Positions 12,458 to 24,837 of a stretch of 64,000 nucleotides of DNA are shown here, one piece after another. The stretch's first letter is position 1, and each line of letters starts with the position of its first letter. The notes beneath the pieces are model-generated. The model was given only the letters and a program-made list of their open reading frames with translations, was not told where the DNA came from and did not search any database. This stretch comes from Chiloscyllium plagiosum (lineage: Eukaryota), in the NCBI RefSeq assembly GCF_004010195.1, contig NC_057718.1, positions 95,136,003 to 95,200,002 on the forward strand, in the 5' to 3' direction. Made by a program: the position numbers and the translations under genes.

Positions 12458-13330
12458 CTGGGGAATATAGCAAGATTATTTTTAATTCCTGTAAACTTTG
12501 TAGTTATCACCAAGGATACTTTATCTCTTGTCATTCTGGGTTAGATTTAAACCTGTATTCTGCACAATAAACACACTTCAACACATTGAACCATGTTAGT
12601 GCTAGGTCATGCATCACTTTACTGATTTCCAAACTCAGCAATTAAGGCAGCATCTGTACATAAAAGACAATGGGGTTAACATTTTAGGTCAATTACCTTT
12701 CATCGGAAACAAAAGGATTGTCATTTAAAACAATAATTAAAAAAAAGAATAAGTGGATTTAATCAGCATCAGGTGGAGCATCCATCTGTTCTTGTTTGGC
12801 AGAATCAACAATAAATTAACCAAAGGATTGTAAGCAGACCTCCTGAAATAAAAGTGAGAACTACAAGCCCCTAGGACCTATATAAACACAAAACTGAAAC
12901 TGATTCACCTACTAAGGAGGAGACACAAAGTGGCTGTTACCTCAACAGTCAAGGCAACAAGTTACCCTGAATAAAAGAATGTTACGTGTGTTATGCTTCA
13001 TTGAAACTCAGGCCTAGCAAACAAAAATAGAGAATAGAAAACTTATTGCCATTTCATAGCTTCCAACCTAGAACGTTTCTTCAGCAAAAACATATTTGTA
13101 ACATTTCCTATTAAAAAGTGAGCTCACAACTTCAACCTGCATAAGTATATTTCACACAAGGTTAAAAAAAAAGTCACCCAGCACGGTTGTATCTTTCATA
13201 CCACATTGAATGAAATTGACAGGATTTGGCAATGTTCACAATATACAATGCAGATATACAGTTTCCAATATTATCAGCTGGTTTATTTTTCTTCAAAATA
13301 GACAATTCAAGGAGAAGAAACTTCACATAC

Positions 13331-13423
13331 CTTTTTCATTAATATACAACAGGTGAGATCATGGTACACAATAGGAACATGGTCTTTTGAAAGGTGGACA
13401 TCAAACTCTACAAAGGCAGCACC
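13331..13423 (-). CDS. GPCPD1: GPCPD1 coding exon 11 (GAAFVEFDVHLSKDHVPIVYHDLTCCILMKK)
   Basis: 93 nt, metal-binding ExD and catalytic HD motifs, canonical splice sites. Confidence 0.97.
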
Positions 13424-14004
13424 CTGAAAGAAATCAAATGCATAATTTATACTCTAGAAACTGTACTGGTGGAATTAAAGTTCTGCAATCAACTTATCAA
13501 TTTCACAATTGCTTGCAAAAATTGTTAATAGATCTTGATTTCTATTTAATTTGTTAAAGTTTAGCGATTGAACGTCTGATCAATCTATACCCTACACGGT
13601 TCTTTGGTGACAAATTGCATGCACAGTCACAACTTCAGATACTCAGAGCAAGATAAACATCCAAATTTAAACCCTTCAAATGTAGAAGCTACCTTATTTT
13701 ACTCATATTCAAGTGTAGTTTTCTCCCTTCCTTCTCTTACAACAACTTGATGCCTGGACTTCTCTTCCCATCAGCGAAATACCTAACTTCTGTTCAACAC
13801 CTCACTAATGACTCAACCAAAAATCAAGAAATTACAGGGAGAAAGTACTATTTAAACACAAGTCTTATCTTGTCTCATAAATGCTTCAATGTTTCCCAAT
13901 CAGTTACTTAAGTAAACATGGTAGCATTTTGCACAAAACAATGGACCAGTGCATTGCTGATAATTAACACAGGAATGACGGACACTTCAATGTACATCGA
14001 ATGA

Positions 14005-14530
14005 GTTAGGAGCAGGAGGAAACTATTTGGCTCATTGAGCCCACGCTGTCATTTAATAAGATGATGGCTGATTTAATTGTAATCTCAGCTCCACCTCCTG
14101 CCTACCCATGAAACCCTTCACCCTCTTGCTGACCAAGAATCCACTCTGCCATAAAAACAAAGTCTTTAGACCTGCTTTTGAGAAAGGAAGAAATAAGGGC
14201 ATTCCTTATTTTTAAAAAGGTGACTATTAGCTCTTGATTCTCCCACACAAAAATAAATCCTCATACCCAGAGTGTCTAGACCCTCGGTTTAAAGTTTGTA
14301 GAGTTTAAATCAAATCACTAGTTATTTTTCTAAACTTGAGCAGTTACAAGCCTAATCTGTCCAACCTATCTGCCATTTCAGGTATTATCAAATAAACCTT
14401 CTCAACTGCAAATAAATTTTTAAAATTGCAACAAACAGTAACATTTTATTACCGTTTCTCCTTACTTGGTCTACCCACATACTAGCCTTGTATGATACAT
14501 GGAACTAGGACATCTGGACCCCTCTGCGTC
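14005..14530 (-). mobile_element. Old CR1 3' fragment
   Basis: Tail taggagcagga..atggctgat..aatctcagctccac, like 30362. Confidence 0.6.
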
Positions 14531-15459
14531 CCAGAGCCCTGCCAACAAGACTTTTGTGAACATTCTGTTAATGTTTACTTGAACAGTTAGCCAAAGCTTG
14601 GTTTAATATTTCAGCTGAACAACATTGTCAACAATATAGTATTTCCTCAGAACTCAACTGCAGTGTTTCCCGAGATAATGTGTTCAAATCTCAGAGGAGA
14701 AGTAAAGCTACCTAAGTTTCATAAATGAAATGATCTGAACCAAACTGACAATCAGAAACACAAGCAAAGTCACAATGCACTGAGTGTCAGTACAATGCAA
14801 TTTAATTCAATCACCAAAATTAAAGTGTGACAATTCTAACTTGGAATGTAACTCAAATAAAGCAACAAAGATACAGAAACCAATTCATATTTCAACAGGC
14901 TCCATCAAGTGATCACTACTTCATATGGATAAGTGCCCCCAACAGTGTCGTTGGACAAAATTCATGATCATCCTCAAAATATTGACGTCATTTAATCAAT
15001 TCTTTTGTTCATTTCCTTTAATTCATCCAGGTCCATTTTTATGCAATCACTCTCCATAAGTTTGTGAAAAAGACCACTTTTATGGTATAGAGACTGTGTT
15101 TTTCATAAAATTTGATGCTATGCCTAGGCTAGTCTCCTAGAGAAGTGTTAAGGCATTATTAAAATTTTGTAAGGAGGTGTCAATGTTGTTAAAGATCATC
15201 ACATTGAAACTCTTGAAAACTAGTTTCAGTCATATGGCTGTGTTATTTTATATTCCTACAACTATCCTTCTCCACATGATTTAGGAATATTGTAGTCAGA
15301 GAATCCAAAAATAATAAATATAGCACTGCCACAATTTTTATTAATCTGATGTTTCGACTCAAATAATTGGCAATTCGCAATTATTGCCTTGAAAGCATCT
15401 GATTAGAAGACACCATATCAATAGCAGACCCTTGGCAGCTGAAGTGGACATTTCATTTA

Positions 15460-15800
15460 TCCTTCACTCCTTCATGGGATGAGGGAGTCACTGGCTAGGC
15501 AGCACTTAGTGCCCAGAGAGCAGTTAAGAGTCAGCCACATTCCTGTGGGTCTGGAGTTACCTGTAGGCCAGACCAAGTAAGGATGGCAGTTTCTTTCCTT
15601 AAAAGGGCATTAGTGAACCACATGGGCTTTTCCGGCAATCAACAATGGATTCAGCATCATCATTAGATCCTTAATTCCAGATATTTATTGAATTCAAATT
15701 CCACCACCTGCCGTGGTGTGATTCAAACCCAGGTCCCCAGAACATTAACTGGGTCTCTGGATTAACAGTCCAGTGACAATACCACTAGGTCATCGCCTGC
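15460..15800 (-). mobile_element. SacSINE1-like (DeuSINE) element
   Basis: Reverse complement of the 5083 element; partial copies at about 32445-32700 (-) and 58920-59005 (+). Confidence 0.75.
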
Positions 15801-15919
15801 TTAACATTTAAGGTTCTGTGCTGTGTCCAACTTACAGCCTGAAACTTATAAATCAGAAAAAAATGACTATCAACTTCATTCTTCATTTTCTGAAGGCTAC
15901 TCAACTGTACAGGACACTT

Positions 15920-16690
15920 GTATGCTTTCCTTTATTGGTCAGAGTATTGAGTTTAATTTTCCACCCTTCAGGCACTCTGCCTGAATTCCTGATGAAGAGC
16001 TTTTGCCCGAAATGTCGATTTTACTGCTCCTCGGATACTGCCTGAACTGCTGTGCTTTTCCAGCACCACTCTAATCTAAACTATTGAGTACAGGAGTTGG
16101 GAGGTCATGTTGCGTCTGTACAGGACATTGGTTAGGCCACTGTTGGAGTATTGCATGCAATTCTGGTCTCCTTCCTATCGGAAAGATGTTGTGAAACTTG
16201 AAAGGGTTCAGAAAAGATTTACAAGGATGTTGCCAGGGTTGGAGGATTTGAGCTATAGGGAGAGGCTGAACAGGCTGGGGTAGTTTTCCCTGGAGCATTG
16301 GAGGCTGAGGGATGACCTTGTAGAGGTTTACAAAATTATGAGGGGCATGGATAGGATAAATAGACAAAGTTTTTTCCCTGGGGACAGGGAGTCCAGAACT
16401 AGAAGGCATAGGTTTAGGGTGAGAGAGGAAAGATATAAAGGAGACCTAAGGGGCAACGTTTTCACGCAGAGGGTGGTACGTGTATGGAATGAACTGCCAG
16501 AGGATGTGGTGGAGGCTGGTACAATTGCAACATTTGCAAGGCATTTGGATGGGTATATGAATAGGAAGGGTTTGGAGGGATATGGGCCGGGTGCTGGCAG
16601 GTGGGACTAGATTGGGTTGGGATATCTGGTCGGCATGGACGGGTTGGACCGAAGGGTCTGTTTCCATGCTGTACATTTCTGTAACTCTAT
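15920..16690 (+). mobile_element. CR1 LINE 3' portion
   Basis: ORF 16338..16610 (FTQRVVRVWNELP..KGLEGYGP) and a 3' UTR shared with the other copies. Confidence 0.92.
15953..16081 (+). mobile_element. Family A short element nested in a CR1 copy
   Basis: CTGATGAagagcttttgcccGAAAtgtc core; flanked by the 8-bp direct repeat tattgagt (15945-15952 and 16082-16089). Confidence 0.75.
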
Positions 16691-17099
16691 ACCATTCAAA
16701 TTAAAATACAGTAATCTCTCCTGTATCAGGCACACACACACACACAGAAATGGAGGTGCCAGTTACCTGAATCTGCTACTTGCATGGGAAATACTCGTGG
16801 TAGCAGGGACAACCCACCTCAAGATTATCACAAGATAAGTAATGTTTTAAAGAGGCATCAGGGCCAGACAAATACCAGTATAGCTGGCCACAATAGGTCA
16901 CTCTGTCATTATAGACAAAGCATGGCCTAGCTTGGCGATCATACCCACAACCAGCAGCCAAGCTGTAAATCTTTATGTAAACTTTGAATGTCTTGAAATA
17001 GCTTTAATAAAGCATCTGATCCATTATCCCCTTCTCATTCTAATACCAGTAAAGTCCATGTTATCTTCCAAGCATCTAGGAATTCCCCTTAATTTCAGA

Positions 17100-17370
17100 C
17101 GACCATAAAAAAAAGGAACAGAAACAGGCCCCTCGAGCCTCTGCATTCAATAGGATTATGCTGATCAGACATTCAGGATGCCCACTTTCTTGCCTTTTTC
17201 CCACCATCTTTGATTCCCTACTGATCAAGAATTGATCTCAGTCTTAAATTTAGACAAGGACTCTGCCCCCACAACACTCAGAGACAAGAAGTTCCAAAGA
17301 CAGCCAACTTTCAGAAGAAATTTCCCATCTCGGTCTTAAATTGGCACCCCTTTATTCTGAGACTTTGCTC
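17100..17370 (-). mobile_element. Old CR1 3' fragment
   Basis: gaccataa..cagaaacaggcc..caataggattatgctgatc tail. Confidence 0.6.
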
Positions 17371-17613
17371 AATTTCATTCATCATTTCAGGATCTAAAAT
17401 ATGTTTTTCATCTCATCCATTTGTTTGAAAAAACGCACTACCTATATTGTAACCTATAATTTGAAACTAGTTACAGTCTAGCAAGTCATTAACATCATGA
17501 GGGCGATTTGTTCTAATTGTTACAACAAATGACTTCTAATAATTTTTTACGAAACAATTTATCATGACCTTGAGAGTCTCATATCTGAATAGCAGAGCTG
17601 TTGTATTACATAC

Positions 17614-17668
17614 GTGACTGGCTGCATTTTTGAAGGAAGCTATTGTGTTTTCTCGGACTTTTGCAAGG
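17614..17668 (-). CDS. GPCPD1: GPCPD1 coding exon 10 (LAKVRENTIASFKNAASH)
   Basis: 55 nt, acceptor ctgttttag, donor CAC|GTATGT, GDPD ENT motif. Confidence 0.96.
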
Positions 17669-18061
17669 CTAAAACAGAATGAGGAAAATTAGCACAGTGA
17701 AACCTCAATGATGTCTATACACAGCTAATAATTTCAGTAATCATAGACAAAATAAACTAATATCCCAACAGGCAATACACATGCATTTAAAATAGAAACA
17801 AATGAATATTCAGAAAATATTATATTGCTGCCTATTGTTGTGCCACCAAAAATACAGAACAAAAAATTCATTGTTTTGGGAATGTAACAAGGCTTTTTTT
17901 TTTTAAAACCTTGCATGATTGTTTCAATAAAATTAAAGGGTCAGGGAAGTGTGGTAATAAAGTGAAAACCTCCCAAGATTGGGGATATGGAGGCCATTTT
18001 GATTTTAAATGGCAGAAATTAATTGTTTTCCTTCCATTTCCCATCCAGCAGACTGAATCAA

Positions 18062-18240
18062 AAGTAAAGAGTGTGGTGCTTGGAAAGCACAGCAGGTTAG
18101 GCAGCATCCGAGGAGCAAGAAAATCGACATTCCGGGCAAAAACCGTTCATTTTGCTCTTCAGATGCTGCCTGATGTGCTATGCTTTTCCAGCACCACATT
18201 CTTGACTCTAATTCCCAGCATCAGCAGTCCTCACTTTCAC
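18062..18240. mobile_element. Family A short element, inverted-repeat form with the centre deleted
   Basis: gtgtggtgcttggaaagcacagc... / ...gcttttccagcaccacat arms. Confidence 0.7.
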
Positions 18241-18835
18241 CGAATCGAAAGTCAGCCCAGCTGACAGGCTGGAAAAATAATGGCATAAGGCTGCAACCAA
18301 GGATGGACCCTCGAGTACTGACTGAGGTAATTAGGAGGAAGCAAGGGATTAAACTTGTGAGGGACGAGGTAAAGAGCTGCCTTGCAAGGAAATTAGGTCA
18401 GATAATCAGGAAGGAATGAGAAGGGCAATCTGTTGCTAAAGGGAATGATAATTTCAACAAGAGAATTGAGAATGGAGTAGTTGGAGCTAAAACATCGCTG
18501 GAAGTTGAAAGTTAGAGAGCACGTGACTGTGGAGAAAGGGACCCTTTCGGTTGGGGGTAGGGGAACAACGAAAGGCTGGAGATTGTAGGGGAGGAGAGAG
18601 GGCATAATTTGAGTGAAGAATTTAGAAATTGCAAAGAGAGAGGGAACGGCAGGAGGGAATAAAAAGAGAACAAGTGCGGATGGATGTACAAACAAAATGC
18701 CTTAGCAGACGGGAGGTGATGGTGCAGGATTGGGTTGGGGAGGTAGGGTGAGAGATATGCGATTGTAGCAGAACGAGGAGCGAGGCCATGATTGGGTAAA
18801 GTGGAAACTAAAGGTTTCCTTCAGGTACTCCAGCT

Positions 18836-19190
18836 CCTTATAGAGATTTATAAAGACATGAAGAGCAGATATAGGGTGAACAGCCAAGGTCTTTTCTCCA
18901 GGATAGTGGAGTCCAAAACTAGAAGGCATAGGTTTAGGGTGAGAGGGGAAAGATTTGAAACTGACCTTTCCATGCAGAGGGTGGTGCATGCATGGAATGA
19001 GCTGCCAGAGATATTGGAGGAGCTGGATACAATAATAACATTTAAAAGACATCTCAGATCAAGTACATAAATGGGAAGGGTTTAGAAGGATATGGGCCAA
19101 ATGCTGGCAAATGGGACTAAATTAGTTTAGGATATCTGGTTGGCATGGACGGGTTGGACCAAAGAGTCTGTTCCTGTGCTGTATAACTCT
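18836..19190 (+). mobile_element. CR1 LINE 3' end
   Basis: SKTRRHRFRVRGERF..WNELP plus the shared tail. Confidence 0.88.
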
Positions 19191-19422
19191 GTAAGCAGCA
19201 AAACTTGACCATGCATTTAACTTATTTTGCCAGAGCTCTCAATTAAGACAATACACAAACAAATACGTAGGACTTCTGTGAATGTTGTCTGCACTGCTTT
19301 TATATAAAGTGAGGCTACGGGATGGGGAACATATGCACAGGTCTAGACATAACTCAATCTTCATTTTGGAGTTAAGCTTTTCTTTGTTTCCATATTTTCT
19401 TTCTAAATCCACATTAACAATG

Positions 19423-19790
19423 TGGTTTATAAAATCATGAGGGGCATGGATAGGATAAATAGACAAAGACTTTCCCCTGGGGTGGGGGAGTTCAGAACTA
19501 GAGGGCATAGGTTTAGGGTGAGAGGGGTAAGATATAAAAGAGACCTAAGGGGCAACTTTTTCACGCAGAGGGTGGTACGTGTATGGAATGAGCTGCGAGA
19601 GGAAGGGGTGGAGGCTAGTACAATTGCAACATTTAAAAGGCAACTGAATGGGTATATGAATAGAAAGGGTTTGGAGGGATATGGGCCGAGTGCTGGCAGG
19701 TGGGACTAGATTGGGTTGGGATATTTGGTCGGCATGAAGGAGTTGGACCGAAGGGTCTGTTTCCGTGTTGTACATCTCTATGACTCTAAC
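19423..19790 (+). mobile_element. CR1 LINE 3' end
   Basis: ORF 19422..19709; tail tctatgactcta. Confidence 0.92.
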
Positions 19791-20295
19791 AATTTTTAAA
19801 AAACCAGTAAATATATTACAATGTAATGTACACACCTACAGCAGTGGCGATGGGAAAGCAAAAGGGCTAAAGGTGAACAGCATGGATAATGGGAGGGGTA
19901 GGAAAGGGCACCTCCTAATCATCATCATTACAAAAAAGGACCCCTGTTCAGATTCTCTCTTCCAGTGACAGTGTGAACAAATTGCTGCTCCCATATCCCT
20001 ACATCTACAGCTAGAAATGCCTTTCATGCAGTACTTGGCCAAGCAGCTCAGTTGGCTAGATGGCTGTATTATAATACAGAATGAAGCCAACAGAGTGGGT
20101 TCAATTTCTACACCAGCTGAGGTGACCTCATGGAAATGTGAGAGGTTATGTACCTTGGTAGGAAGAAAAGAGGCAGAGACTAAAGTGAAGGTGAGAAAAC
20201 AAGAAACAGCTCTTCTATAGGTTGCTAATTTGATGCATTTTGGAATTGTCAGCTGCATATCTCATATAAAGAATTTAAACTACTTTAACACTTAC

Positions 20296-20425
20296 TTTGC
20301 AGATGATGTATTTCCAGCACCTCTGTGCCCAACGTCTAAAGCCATTTTGGGTTTCCAATACTTGGACAATGAAGGAGACATGTCACAAATATAGCCTTCC
20401 AAGGGTTTAATAACAAGGTAGTCAA
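20296..20425 (-). CDS. GPCPD1: GPCPD1 coding exon 9 (DYLVIKPLEG...LDVGHRGAGNTSSA)
   Basis: 130 nt, catalytic GHRG motif, donor AAA|GTAAGT. Confidence 0.97.
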
Positions 20426-20974
20426 CTATATGTGCAGATAAAGATAGATAGAAATGGTTAGTAGCTTACATTCCAATTCATGTCATTACATAAGCTATAT
20501 TTAGGTGCAATCCCAATTGAATTATAATTAAAGACTCCATTTTGTGAGTGAAAGGCAACACCCTCAGAAATTTGATGACATTGCCAGTATCTAGTATGTA
20601 AATATTAGACCAAATAACCTTGGATAGTTCCAGTCTTCTTTCAAACACATTCACAGTTTATCTTTTTCTGATAATGTCAGTTGATAAAAAAGTTTATGTT
20701 ATGTCCTTAAACTGTGCTATGGAGCCTTTTACCTCCTGATACCCTAAGAAACTAAATCTTTAGTATGCTGAGCAAATAGTCGCCGGTAAAAACAGGAATA
20801 AAGGTTCTGCAAGAGATGTAATGGGCTTGTAGGTGAACTTAACAGGGAAAAACATTTGAAGAAAGTAAAAGATAAAACAGAAGAATCAAGATTGTTTAGT
20901 ATAATAATTGCAATTTATGATCATTGACAGCAAACTGCATTTTGGGGTGCTGTCAGAGATTATGTTCTCATAGA

Positions 20975-22408
20975 CGTTAGTGCCACTGTTTAAGAAGGGT
21001 GGTAAGGACAAGCCAGGGAACTACAGACCAGTGAACCTGACCTCGGTGGTGGGCAAGTTGTTGGAGGGAATCCTGAGGGACAGGATGTACATGTATTTGG
21101 AAAGGCAAGGACTAATTAGGGATAGTCAACATGGCTTTTTGCGTGGGAAATCATGTCGCACAAACTTAATTGAGTTTTTTGAGGAAGTAACAAAGAGAAT
21201 TGATGAGGGCAGAGCAGGTGATGTAATCTATATGGACTTCAGTAAGGCGTTCGACAAGGTTCCCCATGGGAGACTGATTAGCAAGGTTAGATCTCATGGA
21301 ATAGAAGGAGAACTAGCCACTTGGATACAGAACTGGCTCAAAGGTAGAAGACAGAGGGTGGTGGTGGAGGGTTGCTTTCCAGACCGGAGGCCCGTGACCA
21401 GTGGAGTGCCACAAGGATTGGTGCTGGGCCCTCTACTTTTTGTCATTTACATAAATGATTTGAATGCAAGCATAAGAGTTACAATTAGTAAGTTTGCAGT
21501 TGACAGCAAAATTGGAGGTGTAGTGGACAGCAAAGAGGGTTACCTCAGGTTACAATAGGATCTGGACCAGATGGGCCAATAGGCTGAGAAGTGGCAGATG
21601 GAGTTTAATTCAGACATGCAAGATGCTACATTTTGGGAAAGCAAATCTTAGCAGGACTTATACACTTAATGGTAAGGTCCGAGGGAGTGTTGCTGAACAA
21701 AGAGACCCTGGAGTGCAGGTTCATAGCTCCTTGAAAGTTGAGTCGCAGATAGATAGGATAGTGAAGGCGGCGTTTGGTATGCTTTCCTTTATCGGTATTG
21801 AGTACAGGAGTTGGGAGGTCATGTTGTGGCTGTGTAGGACATTGGTTAGACCATTGTTGGAATATTGCGTGCAATTCTGGTCTCCTTCCTATCGGAAAGA
21901 TGATGTGAAACTTGAAAGGGTTCAGAAAAAATTTACAAGGATGTTGCCAAGGTTGGAGGATTTGAGCTGTAGAGAGAGGCTTAACAGGCTGGGGCAGTTT
22001 TCCCTGGAGCATCAGAGGCTGAGGGGTGACCTTATAGAGGTTTGCAAAATTATGAGGGGCATGGATAGGGTAAATACGCAAAGTCTTTTCCATGGGGTCA
22101 GGGAGTCCGAACTAGAGGGCAGGGGTTTCGGGTGAGAGGGGAAAGATATAAAAGAAACCTACGGGGCAACCTTTTCACACAGAGAGTGGTACGTGTATGG
22201 AATGAGCTGCTAGAGGACGTGGTGGAGGCTGGTACAATTGCAACATTTGCAAGGCATTTGGATGGGTATATGAATAGGAAGGGTTTGGAGGGATATGGGC
22301 CGGGTGCTGGCAGGTGGGACTAGATTGGGTTGGGATATCTGGTCGGCATGGATGGGTTGGACAGAAGGGTCTGTTTCCATGCTGTACATCTATATGACTA
22401 TGACTCTA
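20975..22408 (+). mobile_element. CR1 LINE, 5'-truncated (RT domain to 3' end)
   Basis: PLFKKG..NYRPV..QHGF..DFSKAFDKVPH..SGVPQG..KFAVDSK; contains stops and frameshifts. Confidence 0.95.
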
Positions 22409-23093
22409 AGTGTTAAGACTTCTGCACCTTGAATCCTCATTTCTGAGAAGTGCAGCCTCAGTCTATTATCACAACACAAAATTTTAACAATGATGCAAAC
22501 AATATTTGCCAGTATTTTTGTCCCATCACTCCTCCAAAACAAAAACAAGGTGTCAGTTCTGACATTGAGATAAAGGTCACAAAACTCTGGGGTTGTCAAC
22601 ATACATAGCCAGACCCGCCAAAAGCATGGGGGCAAGATGGATTTCAGATTGGAATTTGAGATGTTAAACAACTGACTATGCTACTGATCAGTGACCAAGA
22701 TCAACGAACCATATTTAATGAACTGTCAATATATTTGGAACAGAATGAGAAACAAAACTGGCAAGACAAACCCAAGACAAAAAGCCCACTATCTTAGCAC
22801 TGTATTCATATAGCCTTTAACAATCAAGTTATTGAACTATCAGATAATTACAGTGCAAATAATTGAGCAATTTTCTTCCTAAAATAATTTCCCTTATTTA
22901 ACAACTGACCAGATGTGGTCTGCACACAGTATTTAACTTTGCTATCAATTGTCCAAAACGTGTGTCGGAAATCTCCAAATTGAATGGGCTCAATCACAAA
23001 CTAATGACTAGCTTACTAGAGTATGCATGTATGTGTAACATGTGCATCACTGTACAACTATTCACTAAATTCTGCAATTCTAAATAGTGATAC

Positions 23094-23250
23094 CTTTCAC
23101 TTTTCCAATAGTTTGTCTAGAATTTCTACTCATGATGGGAAGTGTGATAACTCCACTGGATTTTTCCACAATTGTTGAGGACAGAAGGCAGGCTGTTCCA
23201 ACAAGGCCAGGAAGTGCATCACCTTGTACTACTGGTACACCCAACTCTTC
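23094..23250 (-). CDS. GPCPD1: GPCPD1 coding exon 8 (EELGVPVVQGDALPG...SRNSRQTIGKVK)
   Basis: 157 nt, acceptor attttacag, donor AAG|GTATCA. Confidence 0.97.
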
Positions 23251-24292
23251 CTGTAAAATACAAGTATGAGTTTGTGCCATATTAAAAACATAAATGACCT
23301 AAGTTGTTCATGCAGGATAAACTGTTGAAAATGCTTGAGAAAACAACAAATCCAGGAAGAATTAAGAATAGCAAAAATGCTGTTCTTGATAATTCATAAT
23401 CAAGTCTCTAATTTCTTTGAAGCCCTCAAACCATACAACTCTTGCTGAATACAAGTCAATCAAGCCCCTTCTGATTTTCTTGAACGTGTTAACTACCCTC
23501 TCACTGTATCCATTTTTCCCATAACATTTTGAATTCTTTCAATCCTTTGCACCTAAAAGTACCAAATCCATTTGTGTGGCATTATTCAAGGATGTCACTT
23601 TCAGACCTGATCAACTCTGCATTTGTTTGGCTTTCATTCCTACATTGCATTTTAAACTTCACTGGTTTTAATTTTATACATTCTCTTCATCCTGTACATC
23701 TGCCCTGGCTCACTGGCAAGTACACCATTTTAAAATTCTCATCTTTGTGCTTAAATTATCTCACAAACAGGAGACAATCTAGTCCTGATGTAAAAGGACA
23801 AACTGGAACAGCATTAAGGATTTTGTCATATTTACAAGTGGAAGCTGAAAATACACAGATTAAATTGGACAAAACTAGTGATTGAAACAGAGGTGGAAAC
23901 AAATCTTAAAAATCTGCAATAGGCAGAGTACCCAGAATGCATGAAGTTTGCTCAATTTGTGATGTTTTTGTTTACACTGTTACAGCTTCTGACCATGGTT
24001 ACAGCTTCTGACAGAATGAGGTAGGCTTACCTCAGTGAAGCTGTTATCAGTAATTAGGGGTTAGAATTTAGGAGGAGTGGAGGGGAGAGAACCTTATTTT
24101 CCAGGTAAAAACCCTGCCAACAAAAACAATGTTTTCAAATAATACAATTATCTTTCCAGTATGAAAGATACATTATGATTTCTTTCTTTCTACCCCAAAC
24201 TTCAAAACATAAGCAGATCATGGGCAATTATTGCCACATCACCTTATAAACAATTATTTTATATTAAAATAGCTTAAGAACAAATGTCATAC

Positions 24293-24536
24293 CTCAAAGA
24301 AGTCAAAAATTAGTTCCAGGTTATCTGGCTCCATTGTTTGAATGCTATACTCTGTCCACTGACTAGGGTCTAAGGCATATCCACACTCTGGCTGTGAGTG
24401 ACGTGATTTGTATCCATTGTCGCTGATTAAGGAGATTTCTAAAGTATTGGGCATTTTCGGCACAGAGGTAGAGGTAGTCAGCAGTTTGTCATCATCTTCC
24501 TCCTCCTCTTCAAAACCCTCCAATGTCAGCTTTACC
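24293..24536 (-). CDS. GPCPD1: GPCPD1 coding exon 7 (VKLTLEGFEEEEEDDD...MEPDNLELIFDFFE)
   Basis: 244 nt, acceptor tatttaaag, donor GAG|GTATGA; matches ORF track 24287..24523. Confidence 0.97.
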
Positions 24537-24837
24537 CTTTAAATAGCATGGGCATTAAAGAATTCAAATTTAAAAACTGCAGGATATTCATCTAATATTC
24601 ACTTCGTATCAAACAATCATTTTGGTCTTAAAAGTTGGGGAAAAAAAAAGTTATCTTTTAAAACAAGACTAACTAGCCTCCACATATTGGTTTGCACGGC
24701 CAATCTATCAACTAGCTAATCCAAGAAGTTCTAAGATTATTGTAGACTTAATGACATTTACGAACATCATTTATTTTAGACAAGATTTGAGCTCATGGCA
24801 TGTGGGCTTTAGTCTATGACATGAACATGTTTAACAC

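Noticed and set aside
19836..20258. 140-aa minus-strand ORF after coding exon 9
   Set aside because: No recognisable domain, and it overlaps SINE-like sequence (gttcaatttctacaccagctgagg); probably a chance ORF.
20980..22323. Long ORFs (192, 170 and 63 aa) as a host gene
   Set aside because: They are frameshifted CR1 reverse-transcriptase remnants.
23979..24012. 15-bp direct repeat gttacagcttctgac
   Set aside because: Looks like a simple slippage duplication with no functional cue.
24017..24024. TGAGGTAG, the let-7 5' end, or its target site
   Set aside because: Only 8 nt match, there is no pre-miRNA-sized hairpin, and the site is intronic.
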